Virus record (IMG/VR): IMGVR_UViG_3300031224_000010
From: an uncultured virus (IMG/VR IMGVR_UViG_3300031224_000010)
Taxonomy: Duplodnaviria > Heunggongvirae > Uroviricota > Caudoviricetes
DNA: 20,000 nt
Strand: one strand, 5' to 3'
The translations under genes and the position numbers were made by a program. Under the pieces are notes generated by a model. It did no database searches and was not told the DNA's origin. It saw only the letters and a list, made by a program, of their open reading frames with translations. This document shows positions 1-8,217 of the stretch, in pieces (position 1 is the first letter of the stretch; every line of letters begins with the position of its first letter).

Positions 1-779
1 TGCCGGTACCGGTCATAAGCTGTGGCCATGCGGGTGTCGTACTGGTTGCGGGCGTAGGCCGGGCCGTTGTAGCGTTCGGCAAAGGCGGGCCAGTCCCGGT
101 CTTTCAATGCGGCGTGCAAGGCTTTGTCCTGTTTGATGAAGCGAACAAAGGCTTCCAGGTGTTCACACTCGCTTCGGTGCATTGCTTCCGAATAGTCAGC
201 GGCGGAGGCGTACCCCAATCCCTGCCAGTGAAAGCCCATGATCTGGAACAGGCCCCAACTGGCTGACTCGATGGCAGTGGATCGGTCGATAGCGCTGGCC
301 CGTTTCAATCGTCGCCATTCACCATCGCCGCCAACGTATCCGCCTGGGTCTTCATTGACGATGGCCGGGAACTTGGCCGCATTGTGGGCGCGTGCTGAAT
401 TATCCAGTCGGCGGAACATGACGTGACGCTCGAAGAGAATGACCGGACGGCCAGACGGCAGGAAGCCGCTTTCCTTGCTCTCCACTTCGGTTACCGCCTT
501 GATGGCAGCCAGCTGAACCCCGAGTTTTCGAGCGGCGGCCTTCAGGTCTTTTTCGCAGAGCTCCTTTCCGGAGTTTTGGGTGCTGTTCGGGTTCAGCCTG
601 CCCAGTGTTGCCGGCCCGGCGACACCGTCGACCATTAACCCCTGATCACGCTGGAAGCGGATGACCGCCTTTTCGGTGGCGTCGCCAAACCACCCATCCA
701 CTTCAATGGCGACACCCGTTGATTTCAGGGCCTGTTGAAGTGCGGCCACATGCTGTCCTACGTCTCCGATCCGGATCAT
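1..779 (-). CDS. Modular endolysin: N-terminal peptidoglycan-binding domain plus N-acetylmuramidase (DUF3380-like); 3' end runs off the window
   Basis: Not in the ORF track; translated by hand from ATG at 779, which overlaps the upstream TGA: MIRIGDVGQHVAALQQALK...DGWFGDATEKAVIRFQRDQGLMVDGVAGPATL (PG-binding), then AVTEVES...PVILFERHVM...SASWGLFQIMGFHW...FAERYNGPAY. Confidence 0.92.
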   Translation of the reverse strand, partial: MIRIGDVGQHVAALQQALKSTGVAIEVDGWFGDATEKAVIRFQRDQGLMVDGVAGPATLGRLNPNSTQNSGKELCEKDLKAAARKLGVQLAAIKAVTEVESKESGFLPSGRPVILFERHVMFRRLDNSARAHNAAKFPAIVNEDPGGYVGGDGEWRRLKRASAIDRSTAIESASWGLFQIMGFHWQGLGYASAADYSEAMHRSECEHLEAFVRFIKQDKALHAALKDRDWPAFAERYNGPAYARNQYDTRMATAYDRYR

Positions 780-1192
780 CAGCTGTTTGCTCCTATCAAG
801 GTCAGTGCTGCGCTGAAAAGCTCTTTACGCAGGGCGAAACCAAGCGCTGCGATGCCAATAAGCACCCAGATTGCGCCCGCGAAAAACCAGACCTTTCGGG
901 AAAGCCCGGAAACGATTTTACCCAAGCCATCGATCGCTTCAGCGGTGGTTTTATCGCTTTTTTCTATGTACTCCTTGTTCTGCTCGAGGAACTTCTCCAG
1001 CGCTTCCTTGGTTTCTTTTTGCTGCTCCTTTTGGCTCACAGTGAACTCCCGCAGGTCGCCGCGGATGTCAGAAACGGCGTTCTCCAGGGCGTTTACCCTG
1101 GGGTGGAGATCTTCCAGTTGTCTGAGTCTCGCCGCCCAGTCGAGGGCGACCATTTCTTGCAGTTGCATCGCTTCGGTCCGTTGTTCAGGCAT
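779..1192 (-). CDS. Coiled-coil protein with one C-terminal transmembrane helix, in the holin position (holin-like candidate)
   Basis: 137 aa; amphipathic N-terminus, hydrophobic VWFFAGAIWVLIGIAALGFAL; lies between X and the endolysin and is translationally coupled to the latter. Confidence 0.6.
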   Translation of the reverse strand: MPEQRTEAMQLQEMVALDWAARLRQLEDLHPRVNALENAVSDIRGDLREFTVSQKEQQKETKEALEKFLEQNKEYIEKSDKTTAEAIDGLGKIVSGLSRKVWFFAGAIWVLIGIAALGFALRKELFSAALTLIGANS

Positions 1193-1201
1193 GCCGTCTC
1201 C

Positions 1202-1408
1202 TCAGTTCCACAGCTGGACGGTCGGTTGAGTGGGTTGCCGGTCTGCCTCTGGCAGTTTCACCAGGGTCCCCGCGGGAATGGTAGGGCCAAAGCTCGCAAG
1301 CCCCGGATTGGCTTCATAGGCGGCTTCAGTGACGCCAGCAGTGTGGCCATAAACCCGGTAGCAGATGCGGTCCAAGGTGTCGCCCTGTATCGCCCTGACT
1401 TCTATCAT
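1202..1408 (-). CDS. X: P2 gpX-like tail/baseplate protein
   Basis: MIEVRAIQGDTLDRICYRVYG...EANPGLA...PAGTLVKLP; position after L. Confidence 0.93.
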   Translation of the reverse strand: MIEVRAIQGDTLDRICYRVYGHTAGVTEAAYEANPGLASFGPTIPAGTLVKLPEADRQPTQPTVQLWN

Positions 1409-1869
1409 CAGATCAGCTCCACGGTGGTTCGGGCCCTGCCTCGAATGTCTGAAAGCGCCCAGGCAGCATCACGCCGGTAGTCGTCGTCCGTCATTTCCAG
1501 GGCTTCAGCGCGGTCGTGCCCGGCGCCGGTGCTGTCATAATCTCGGTACCGCTCTACCAGGTTGGACTTGGCCAGTGACCAGACCGCACGCAAGTAAAGG
1601 GATTTGTGATAACCGGCAGGCTGCCAGGTGGGCTGGGGCGTATCCTCGATGGCGTCAACACCGGCATCCTGCTGTTCCTGCATCCACTTGGCCAGCAGCT
1701 GGTTGGCTTCGTACATCGCCGCCTCAAGGGCGTGAACGGCGCGGCTGTCAGTGACCGTGCCGTCGATCCGCATCGCTTCCCGGAAGTTCTGAAGTTGAAG
1801 ATCAGGAAAGAAGCTGGCGTTGGTGATGGTGATGGTTTCGGTGGTACCACCGGCTGCAATCAGGCTCAT
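1408..1869 (-). CDS. L: Head completion/stabilization protein
   Basis: ITNASFFPDL...FREAMRIDGTVT...YLRAV...ERYRDYDSTGAG...RTTVELI; GGAGG RBS. Confidence 0.93.
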   Translation of the reverse strand: MSLIAAGGTTETITITNASFFPDLQLQNFREAMRIDGTVTDSRAVHALEAAMYEANQLLAKWMQEQQDAGVDAIEDTPQPTWQPAGYHKSLYLRAVWSLAKSNLVERYRDYDSTGAGHDRAEALEMTDDDYRRDAAWALSDIRGRARTTVELI

Positions 1870-1885
1870 GTTGCCTCCGTGTGAG

Positions 1886-1962
1886 GGCGGTGGACGGGGC
1901 CGTAGAGCTTGTGGCGTAGCCTTGGCTCAGGGCCCCGTGCCGCCTGGCGTCGGGGTGCCGAC
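1886..1962 (-). promoter_or_regulatory. Structured intergenic leader between M and L (long bulged hairpin plus small hairpin)
   Basis: Arms GGCGG/CCGCC (1886-90/1940-44), ACGGGGCC/GGCCCCGT (1894-1901/1931-38) and GAGC/GCTC; second hairpin GTCGG-GGTG-CCGAC at 1949-1962. Confidence 0.6.
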
Positions 1963-1972
1963 TCGGGTCCGG

Positions 1973-2806
1973 CTATTCGCCGGAATTCTTCAGTTCTTTC
2001 CTCAGCGCCTCGATGTCCTTCTTCACGCCGGCGCGATCGTTCAGTTTCAGGGCGCGGTCGAGGGCATCCAGCGCTTGATCGGGTTTGCCGCTGTCACGCA
2101 GGCGGTACCCGTAAGCCTTGTAGAGCTTTGCCTTTACCTGGTCGTGCATGTCGGATTCCCCGAACATGTTCACAGTGCGCTCAACGGCTTGGATGAATTT
2201 TCCATCGGGGTCTTCACCCTCGGTTTCCAGCGCTGACACGGCCACTTCTTCAGCCACCAGGTTGGCGGTGGTCCGTTGGTAACGGTCCGGTGTTTCCAGC
2301 CCGTTGGCCACGGCGTAATCAGCAATATCCAAGCCGGTTTCCAGATCACCCACGTCCAGGTACCAGACCATCAGCGTCATCAGGACTTCGTCCTGGTGCC
2401 CGGGTGCGGCCTGCAGTACGCCCTTTACATACTCTTCGTAGTTGGGCAGCAGTTCGCGTTTGGCCTCTACCTTGCGCTCGATGCTCTGGATGTCGTGCAA
2501 TCGCCGGGTGTCCTCGATGATCGCTGCCAGGTGCAGTTCGTAAGCGTCGCCCGTGGGGCGATCAGGTGTTGATGCCGATGCTTCCTTTTCAACCAGTTTG
2601 CGCTGGTAGCGCTTGGCGGCCGGGCTAAGCGGTCCGCCGCCCGATGGCTGTTTCTGGAACGGGTTCGGCTTTGCTTCGCTGCCCCGTTTTGCGGCCTGCT
2701 CTTCCCGCTTTCCCTGTGCCTTGCGGGCTTTTTCCTGTGCTTCGGCCCTGGCCGCCTCCCGGGCGGCCTGGACTTTTTCGAAGCGCTTCTTGGCTGGACT
2801 AACCAT
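1973..2806 (-). CDS. M: Terminase small (endonuclease) subunit
   Basis: LHDIQSIERKVEAKRELLPNY...QDEVLMTLMVWYLDVGD...DMHDQVKAKLYKA...AGVKKDIE; position between N and L. Confidence 0.92.
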   Translation of the reverse strand: MVSPAKKRFEKVQAAREAARAEAQEKARKAQGKREEQAAKRGSEAKPNPFQKQPSGGGPLSPAAKRYQRKLVEKEASASTPDRPTGDAYELHLAAIIEDTRRLHDIQSIERKVEAKRELLPNYEEYVKGVLQAAPGHQDEVLMTLMVWYLDVGDLETGLDIADYAVANGLETPDRYQRTTANLVAEEVAVSALETEGEDPDGKFIQAVERTVNMFGESDMHDQVKAKLYKAYGYRLRDSGKPDQALDALDRALKLNDRAGVKKDIEALRKELKNSGE

Positions 2807-2816
2807 TACGCCCCCT

Positions 2817-3824
2817 TTACACCAGTGTTATGTTCTCGACCACGGCGCCGGCGCCGAAATCTTCCACTACGTAGGCCTCGTTTGAAGACTCGTAGTTCTC
2901 GATGCGGTTGCGCTTCGGGTTGTCCATGACGTGACGGCGGCGGCCGCCGTTCTGGTAATAGATGGACAGGTTTTCCATGGTGGTGACCATCATGGTTCCG
3001 TCCGGAATGAACGGTACCTGCACGCCCTGCAGGCCGCCAATGCGCATCTGGCTGACGATCAGATCCAGTGCCTGCTGTTCAGTCGGATCGTTATCCTTGT
3101 TGATCAGCGGGAAGTACTTGTCGCTCATCAGGGTGCGGCCAACCAGCACCACCAGATCCTGGCTTTCCCGGTGCCACGGATCCAGCATGCTGTGAACCAC
3201 GTCGTAAACCAGGGCGTCCAGGTTCTTGTAGTCACCGGTTGAGCCAACAGTGACTTCGCCAGATGCTGCCACTACCTCATCCATTACCCGCTCTGGGGAA
3301 GTGGTGCGGTAGTGCTGGAGCCAGCCTTTGTTGACGTCTTCCAGAAGCGGGTTGGCTACCCGGTCTGTCTCGGATGCAGCGCTGAGGCCGTTGAAGCCGA
3401 TCATGATCCGGTCTAGGGCCTGCTGCTTCACGATCGCGTCGCGCAACATGGCCTGGAAGTTGGGGAACTTGGCCCAGGCGTCGATTTTGGCGTAGGGCAC
3501 GGCGGTGTCGAATTCGGTCAGGAAGCACTCGTAACCGTTCGCGCCCAGGTCACTCAGATCGCGCGGTGTGCGATCCTTGGCTGACACATCGGTGCGCCCG
3601 GCAATGGTGGATCCCACGCCCAGGCCGATCTTCTCGCCTTTGACTTCGTCCACGCCGATCACGTTGATCCGGTTCAGAAAGCCGCTGGATTCCTGAATTC
3701 GCTGTTCCAGCCGCTGCTGGACGGACGGTTCCACCGCGAAGGTTTCGGCGGCGGACTCTACGCCATTGAGCTCCGCGATCCGGCGGCGGAGCTTGTTGAA
3801 CTGTACTCTGGATTCGTTGCGCAT
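2817..3824 (-). CDS. N: Major capsid protein, P2 family (335 aa)
   Basis: Start moved to MRNESRVQF (ATG 3824, GAAGGAAG upstream); FAVEPSVQQRLE...IDAWAKFPNFQ...ALDRIMIGFNG...ENYESSNEAYVVED. Confidence 0.96.
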   Translation of the reverse strand: MRNESRVQFNKLRRRIAELNGVESAAETFAVEPSVQQRLEQRIQESSGFLNRINVIGVDEVKGEKIGLGVGSTIAGRTDVSAKDRTPRDLSDLGANGYECFLTEFDTAVPYAKIDAWAKFPNFQAMLRDAIVKQQALDRIMIGFNGLSAASETDRVANPLLEDVNKGWLQHYRTTSPERVMDEVVAASGEVTVGSTGDYKNLDALVYDVVHSMLDPWHRESQDLVVLVGRTLMSDKYFPLINKDNDPTEQQALDLIVSQMRIGGLQGVQVPFIPDGTMMVTTMENLSIYYQNGGRRRHVMDNPKRNRIENYESSNEAYVVEDFGAGAVVENITLV

Positions 3825-3837
3825 AATCTGACTTCCT

Positions 3838-4665
3838 TCAGCAGTCGGTGAGGATAGCGTTCTGACCACCGGTGGCCGGCGTGCGGGGACTGTGTTGGTG
3901 AGGCGTGGTTTCAAGCTGGTTCTTCAGCTCGTTGAAGCTCTGCTCAAGGGCTTCATGAGACTGCTTCAGCTGTGCGTACTCGTGCTGGACTCCGTCCATA
4001 GAGCTGCGCAGATGCTGGCCTTCGGACACGAACAGCTCCAGGGTTTTCTCCAGATCGGCCCGGAAATCCGAGAAGCGGGCGGCCGTGGCGTCGCGGTGTT
4101 TGCTGAACAGGGCTTTTACCTTGGTCAGCATGGATTCACCGCCTTGATCACCGCTGCCCTGGTCGCTGACTGCTTCAGAGAAATCCAGCTCTGCTTCAAC
4201 GGCTTCTGAGAAGAGGTTTTCCGCACGCTGCTTCCGCGCATTCAGCGGGCTGTTTTTGGCCCTACTGCTGAACTGGAGCATTTCGGTGCCCAGGGATGCG
4301 GGGGAATCAGTCACGGCCAGACCTACCAGATAGGCTTCGCCGGTGTCCGAGAACTCGGGATCGACCTCGATGGAGGTGTAAATCTTCTGCCGGTCCTTTG
4401 TCATTTTGACTAGGTCTTCGGTGGGATCGATCTCCGCGAACAGCTCCAGCTTGCCTGCGTCATTCTCTTCGGCCTTCACTGCAGTCACGTCACCAAAAGC
4501 CTTGAAAGGCCCATCGGCGAACATGCCGCGCATGTGTTCAAGCCAGACCCGGGCGCCGTATTTCTCCCGGTTGAAGTTCGCGGCCATCTGTTCGATCCAG
4601 GCGCGGCTGATTGCCCGTCCGTCGGTAGTGGCACCTTGAGTGGCCACTCGAAACCATTTTTTCAT
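3838..4665 (-). CDS. O: Capsid scaffolding protein/protease (275 aa)
   Basis: Start moved to MKKWFRVATQGATTDGRAI (GGAG RBS); KIYTSIE...YLVGLAVTDSPASLGTEML; ends LTDC. Confidence 0.95.
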   Translation of the reverse strand: MKKWFRVATQGATTDGRAISRAWIEQMAANFNREKYGARVWLEHMRGMFADGPFKAFGDVTAVKAEENDAGKLELFAEIDPTEDLVKMTKDRQKIYTSIEVDPEFSDTGEAYLVGLAVTDSPASLGTEMLQFSSRAKNSPLNARKQRAENLFSEAVEAELDFSEAVSDQGSGDQGGESMLTKVKALFSKHRDATAARFSDFRADLEKTLELFVSEGQHLRSSMDGVQHEYAQLKQSHEALEQSFNELKNQLETTPHQHSPRTPATGGQNAILTDC

Positions 4666-4753
4666 GTTGCTCTCCAATCGGGGGTGCGAGATGCTGTCTT
4701 TCGCGTGTGCCACCAGATTCGGGCCCCAGCCCGACAAAGCCAACCGCCGCCGA

Positions 4754-4774
4754 TTGTTACGCCGCTCCTCACAA
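4754..4774. promoter_or_regulatory. Putative Ogr-family activator box in the divergent O/P late promoter region
   Basis: TTGT-N13-ACAA dyad (TTGTTACGCCGCTCCTCACAA); P2-family late promoters carry TGT-N12/13-ACA activator sites at this position. Confidence 0.6.
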
Positions 4775-4819
4775 ATGAACATGCGATAGCGCCACCCCCG
4801 CAGCCTTTAGGCTGACGGC

Positions 4820-6583
4820 ATGGATAAGACTGTCGAATCGGATTACCGCGATCACTTTGTGAAGGCACGCACCCTCTACTGGATGGGATGGCGAGCGCAG
4901 CGCATTGCCGATGAACTGGGCATCAGTCCTCAGCTGTTTCACAACTGGAAAAAGCGGTTCAGCTGGGACGAAGCCGGGCCGATCCAGCGGGTGGAGAGCT
5001 CGCTGGAAGCCCGCATGGTTCAGCTGGTGTTCAAGGATGAAAAAGAGGGGAAGGACTTCAAGGAAATTGACTTGTTGGGCCGGCAGATCGAACGGCTGGC
5101 CAGGGTGCATAAATACGAAGAGTCCGGGCGCGAATCAGACCTGAACCCGAACATCCAGGAGCGCAACAAGGCACCGCGAAAGGCCAAGAACGATATCGGC
5201 GATGAAGGGCTGGAAGAGCTGACCAGCGCTTTCGATAAATCGCTGTTTGACTACCAGCACAAATGGAAGGTGGCTGGGCTCACCCACCGGATCCGCAATA
5301 TTCTGAAGTCCCGGCAGATCGGCGCCACCTGGTACTTTGCCCGCGAAGCGATCGTGGACGCCTTCCACACTGGTAAGAACAAGATCTTCCTGAGTGCGTC
5401 GAAGGCCCAGGCTCATGTTTTCCGGCAGTACATCGTTCAGTTCGTCAAGGACACCGCCGGCGTTGAACTGCGCGGTGATCCCCTGGTGTTGCCCAACGGC
5501 GCCACCCTGTATTTCCTCGGTACCAACGTGCGAACAGCCCAGAGCTATCACGGCGATCTGTACATGGATGAGTACTTCTGGATCCAGAGCTTCCAGCAGT
5601 TCCGGAAAGTCGCATCCGGTATGGCCATGCACAAGAAGTGGAGCCAGACCTACATTTCCACGCCTTCCGCGATCACCCACGAAGCCTATCCGTTCTGGAC
5701 TGGCGAGCAGTTCAACAAGCGCCGGGCCAAAGATAAGCGGGTGTCCATCGACACATCGCACGCCGCGCTGGCTGAAGGAAAGGCATGTGATGATGGGCAG
5801 TGGCGCCAGATTGTGACGGTAGAAGATGCCATCGCCGGCGGCTGTGACCTGTTCGATATCGACCAGCTGCAGATGGAGTACTCCGCGGACGAATACTCAA
5901 ATCTGCTGATGTGCCAGTTCGTTGACGACACCCACGCCGTGTTCCCGCTCGCCAAGCTTCAGCGCTGCATGGTCGACAGCTGGGTGGAGTGGCGCGAACT
6001 AAAGCCATACGCCGAAAGGCCGTTGGGTGATCTGGAAGTGTGGCTGGGCTATGACCCATCCGGCGGCGGGGACGATGGCGACGGCGCCGGCCTGGTGGTG
6101 GTTCTGCCTTCAAAATCCTCCAATAAACCTCACCGGGTGGTGGAGAAGGTCCGCCTTCGTGGCCTGGATTACGAGCGTCAGGCAGAAGAGATACGCAAAC
6201 TGACCAAACGCTATAACGTGTCGTTTATCGGCATGGACACTACCGGCCTGGGTGAAGCCGTGGCGGAGCTGGTGGAAAAGTTCTTCCCGTCGGTAACCCG
6301 TTTCAACTACTCGCCGGATGTGAAGGCCCGGCTGGTGATCAAAACCCAGAACATCATCGACCATGGCCGGCTCCAGTTCGATGCCGGCTGGAGCGATATG
6401 GCGCAAAGCTTCATGGCGATTCGACGTGCCATGACAGATTCACAGAGACAGCTCACCTACAAGTCCGGCCGCAGTGAAGACACCGGCCATGCCGATCTGG
6501 CATGGGCGGTGATGCACGCGTTGTCGAATGAACCCCTCGAAGGGCCCACCGAAAAGGGTGGCAGCATGATGGAGATTTACTGA
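4820..6583 (+). CDS. P: Terminase large (ATPase) subunit
   Basis: N-terminal HTH, ILKSRQIGATWYFARE Walker A, LYMDEYFW Walker B, GYDP nuclease motif, GHADLAWA. Confidence 0.97.
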   Translation: MDKTVESDYRDHFVKARTLYWMGWRAQRIADELGISPQLFHNWKKRFSWDEAGPIQRVESSLEARMVQLVFKDEKEGKDFKEIDLLGRQIERLARVHKYEESGRESDLNPNIQERNKAPRKAKNDIGDEGLEELTSAFDKSLFDYQHKWKVAGLTHRIRNILKSRQIGATWYFAREAIVDAFHTGKNKIFLSASKAQAHVFRQYIVQFVKDTAGVELRGDPLVLPNGATLYFLGTNVRTAQSYHGDLYMDEYFWIQSFQQFRKVASGMAMHKKWSQTYISTPSAITHEAYPFWTGEQFNKRRAKDKRVSIDTSHAALAEGKACDDGQWRQIVTVEDAIAGGCDLFDIDQLQMEYSADEYSNLLMCQFVDDTHAVFPLAKLQRCMVDSWVEWRELKPYAERPLGDLEVWLGYDPSGGGDDGDGAGLVVVLPSKSSNKPHRVVEKVRLRGLDYERQAEEIRKLTKRYNVSFIGMDTTGLGEAVAELVEKFFPSVTRFNYSPDVKARLVIKTQNIIDHGRLQFDAGWSDMAQSFMAIRRAMTDSQRQLTYKSGRSEDTGHADLAWAVMHALSNEPLEGPTEKGGSMMEIY

Positions 6584-7569
6584 TGAGCAAAAGCATTGAA
6601 GCGTTCACTTTTGGTGAGCCGGTACCGGTGATGGACAGGTACGACATGCTCTACACCGGCTGCTGGATGGCCGGCCAGGATTACTACGAACCACCGGTCG
6701 ATATGGCTGCACTCGCCAAGTCCTACCGATCCACCGCTCACCATGGCAGCGCATTGCAGGTTAAGCGCAACATTCTGGTGAAAACCTTCCAGCCCACTCA
6801 ATACCTGAGCCGGCAAGACTTCGCGCGCATGGCGATGGATTACCTGGTGTTCGGCAACCTTTACGGCGAAAAACTGGAAAACCGGATGGGGCGACTGATC
6901 CAGGTGAAGCCGATTCTGGCGAAATACTGCCGGCGAGGCGTGAAGCCCGGATCCTTCTGGTGGGTTCATGACTGGATGAACCACACGGAATTCGCAATGG
7001 GGAGCGTCGTTCACCTAATGGAGCCAGACATTGACCAGGAGCTGTACGGTGTTCCCGATTATCTGGGCTCGCTTCAGTCCGCCTGGTTGAACGAATCCGC
7101 CACACTGTTCCGCCGCAAGTACTACCAGAACGGAAGCCATGCCGGTTTCGTGATGTACATGACGGACGCCACCCAGAGCGCGGATGATGTCGACAACCTG
7201 AGAAATGCACTGAAGGAAAGCAAGGGCCCGGGCAACTTCAAAAACCTGTTCGTCTACGCCCCCAATGGCAAGAAGGACGGCCTGCAGGTGATCCCGGTCA
7301 GCGAGGTAGCTGCCAAGGATGATTTCTGGAACATCAAAAATGCCACCCGCGATGACCAGCTGGCCGGGCACCGGGTTCCGCCCCAGCTGATGGGCATAAT
7401 TCCCACCAACACATCCGGCTTCGGTGACGCAGAGAAGGCGGCCCGCGTCTTCGCCGCCAACGAACTGGAGCCCCTGCAGGAACGCTTGTTGGAGATGAAC
7501 GACATCGTGGGCAAGGAAGTGATCAAGTTCAAACCTTACACCCTGGGGGAACTCTCCCCCGACACCTGA
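6583..7569 (+). CDS. Q: Portal protein (PBSX/P2 family)
   Basis: EAFTFGEPVPV...YYEPP...LYGVPDYL...LNESATLFRRKYYQNGSHAG...HRVPPQLMGIIP. Confidence 0.97.
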   Translation: MSKSIEAFTFGEPVPVMDRYDMLYTGCWMAGQDYYEPPVDMAALAKSYRSTAHHGSALQVKRNILVKTFQPTQYLSRQDFARMAMDYLVFGNLYGEKLENRMGRLIQVKPILAKYCRRGVKPGSFWWVHDWMNHTEFAMGSVVHLMEPDIDQELYGVPDYLGSLQSAWLNESATLFRRKYYQNGSHAGFVMYMTDATQSADDVDNLRNALKESKGPGNFKNLFVYAPNGKKDGLQVIPVSEVAAKDDFWNIKNATRDDQLAGHRVPPQLMGIIPTNTSGFGDAEKAARVFAANELEPLQERLLEMNDIVGKEVIKFKPYTLGELSPDT

Positions 7570-7596
7570 CAGATTTCGGCGACTGCGTCAGCCTTT

Positions 7597-7621
7597 GGCC
7601 ACCTTCGGGTGGTCTTTTTTT
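7597..7621 (+). terminator. Rho-independent terminator of the P-Q operon
   Basis: GGCCACC-TTCG-GGTGGTC followed by T7. Confidence 0.85.
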
Positions 7622-7667
7622 GTGCCCGACATACGCCCCCCGGCGGGGGTGCTCACGCCCACAGCTC

Positions 7668-7694
7668 GCGGTCACCCCACCCCACCTGCGGGCT
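7668..7694. other. Candidate cos (cohesive end) site
   Basis: GCGGTCACCCCACCCCACC-TGCGGGCT; 12/19 match to the reverse complement of P2 cos (GTGCTTTCCCCGCCTCGCC); expected position downstream of the portal; IHF site nearby. Confidence 0.55.
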
Positions 7695-7746
7695 CTTGGT
7701 ACTGCGATTATTCAAGGCCCACGGATAACCAACAAGGGTACGCACG

Positions 7747-7759
7747 TAAGTCATTGATT
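7747..7759 (-). promoter_or_regulatory. IHF binding site next to cos
   Basis: Reverse complement AATCAATGACTTA is a perfect WATCAANNNNTTR match. Confidence 0.6.
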
Positions 7760-7786
7760 GTTGGTTGCTGGGAGCCTGAGAAAGTA

Positions 7787-8070
7787 GGGGGGCTTCGGAA
7801 AAGTGTAACAACGTAACAGGGCCGGATATTGGCTTTTATGCTGCTGATATATATAGGGTTTTTCTGTTACACCTAAAGTGTAATAAAACGTAACGAAAAC
7901 GTTACATCGTTGATTTTATTAGGGTGCCTATAGGCATTCCGTTACAGTTAGATAGTGTAACAACATTACGTTTTTATCTTCTAAAGTGTAACAACTTAAT
8001 TCTAGGAATATCAAGTAGATAGATACAATTATTACACTTATTACGTTTGTTACACTTTTCCGAACCCCCC
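7787..8070. repeat. AT-rich dyad-symmetric iteron array, putative replication origin
   Basis: Perfect 18-bp inverted repeat TTCGGAAAAGTGTAACAA (7794-7811 / 8047-8064) with G6/C6 ends; 13 YGTAAY motifs; central palindrome TGCCTATAGGCA at 7925-7936. Confidence 0.7.
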
Positions 8071-8217
8071 AAACATTCTGAGCCAGCACGCCCCGCACGC
8101 ACGCCCGCACACGCGTATATCACTCCAGAATATCCACACTTTCATAAACAGAAAGACTCCATCCTTGGCTTCGTGGCGATGGTGTGTGGCGGGCGGCAAT
8201 ACCTGGTCTTGGTCTCA

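Noticed and set aside
719..1480. 253-aa plus-strand ORF
   Set aside because: Antisense shadow of well-supported minus-strand late genes
4756..4761. Single iteron-like GTTACG in the late promoter box
   Set aside because: One hexamer is expected by chance and it is explained by the Ogr box
3825..4782. Extended N-termini given by the ORF track for N and O (likewise ogr, cI and others)
   Set aside because: They overlap neighbouring genes or promoters; downstream ATGs match the family starts and mostly have an RBS
7925..7936. Protelomerase telRL site
   Set aside because: The perfect palindrome is only 12 bp and no protelomerase gene is in the window
7923..7953. dif/XerCD-like site (GGTGCCTATAG...GTTAGAT) as a substitute for integrase
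   Set aside because: The XerC arm matches 8/11, but the XerD arm is poor at 6-8 bp spacing; better explained as the central palindrome plus an iteron
7800..8060. CRISPR array
   Set aside because: Repeats are 6-12 bp, in mixed orientation and irregularly spaced
7787..8070. MITE or Tn3-type element (terminal inverted repeats starting GGGG)
   Set aside because: No target-site duplication (AAGTA vs AAACA), and the mirrored internal iterons and IHF-like sites fit a protein-binding array better
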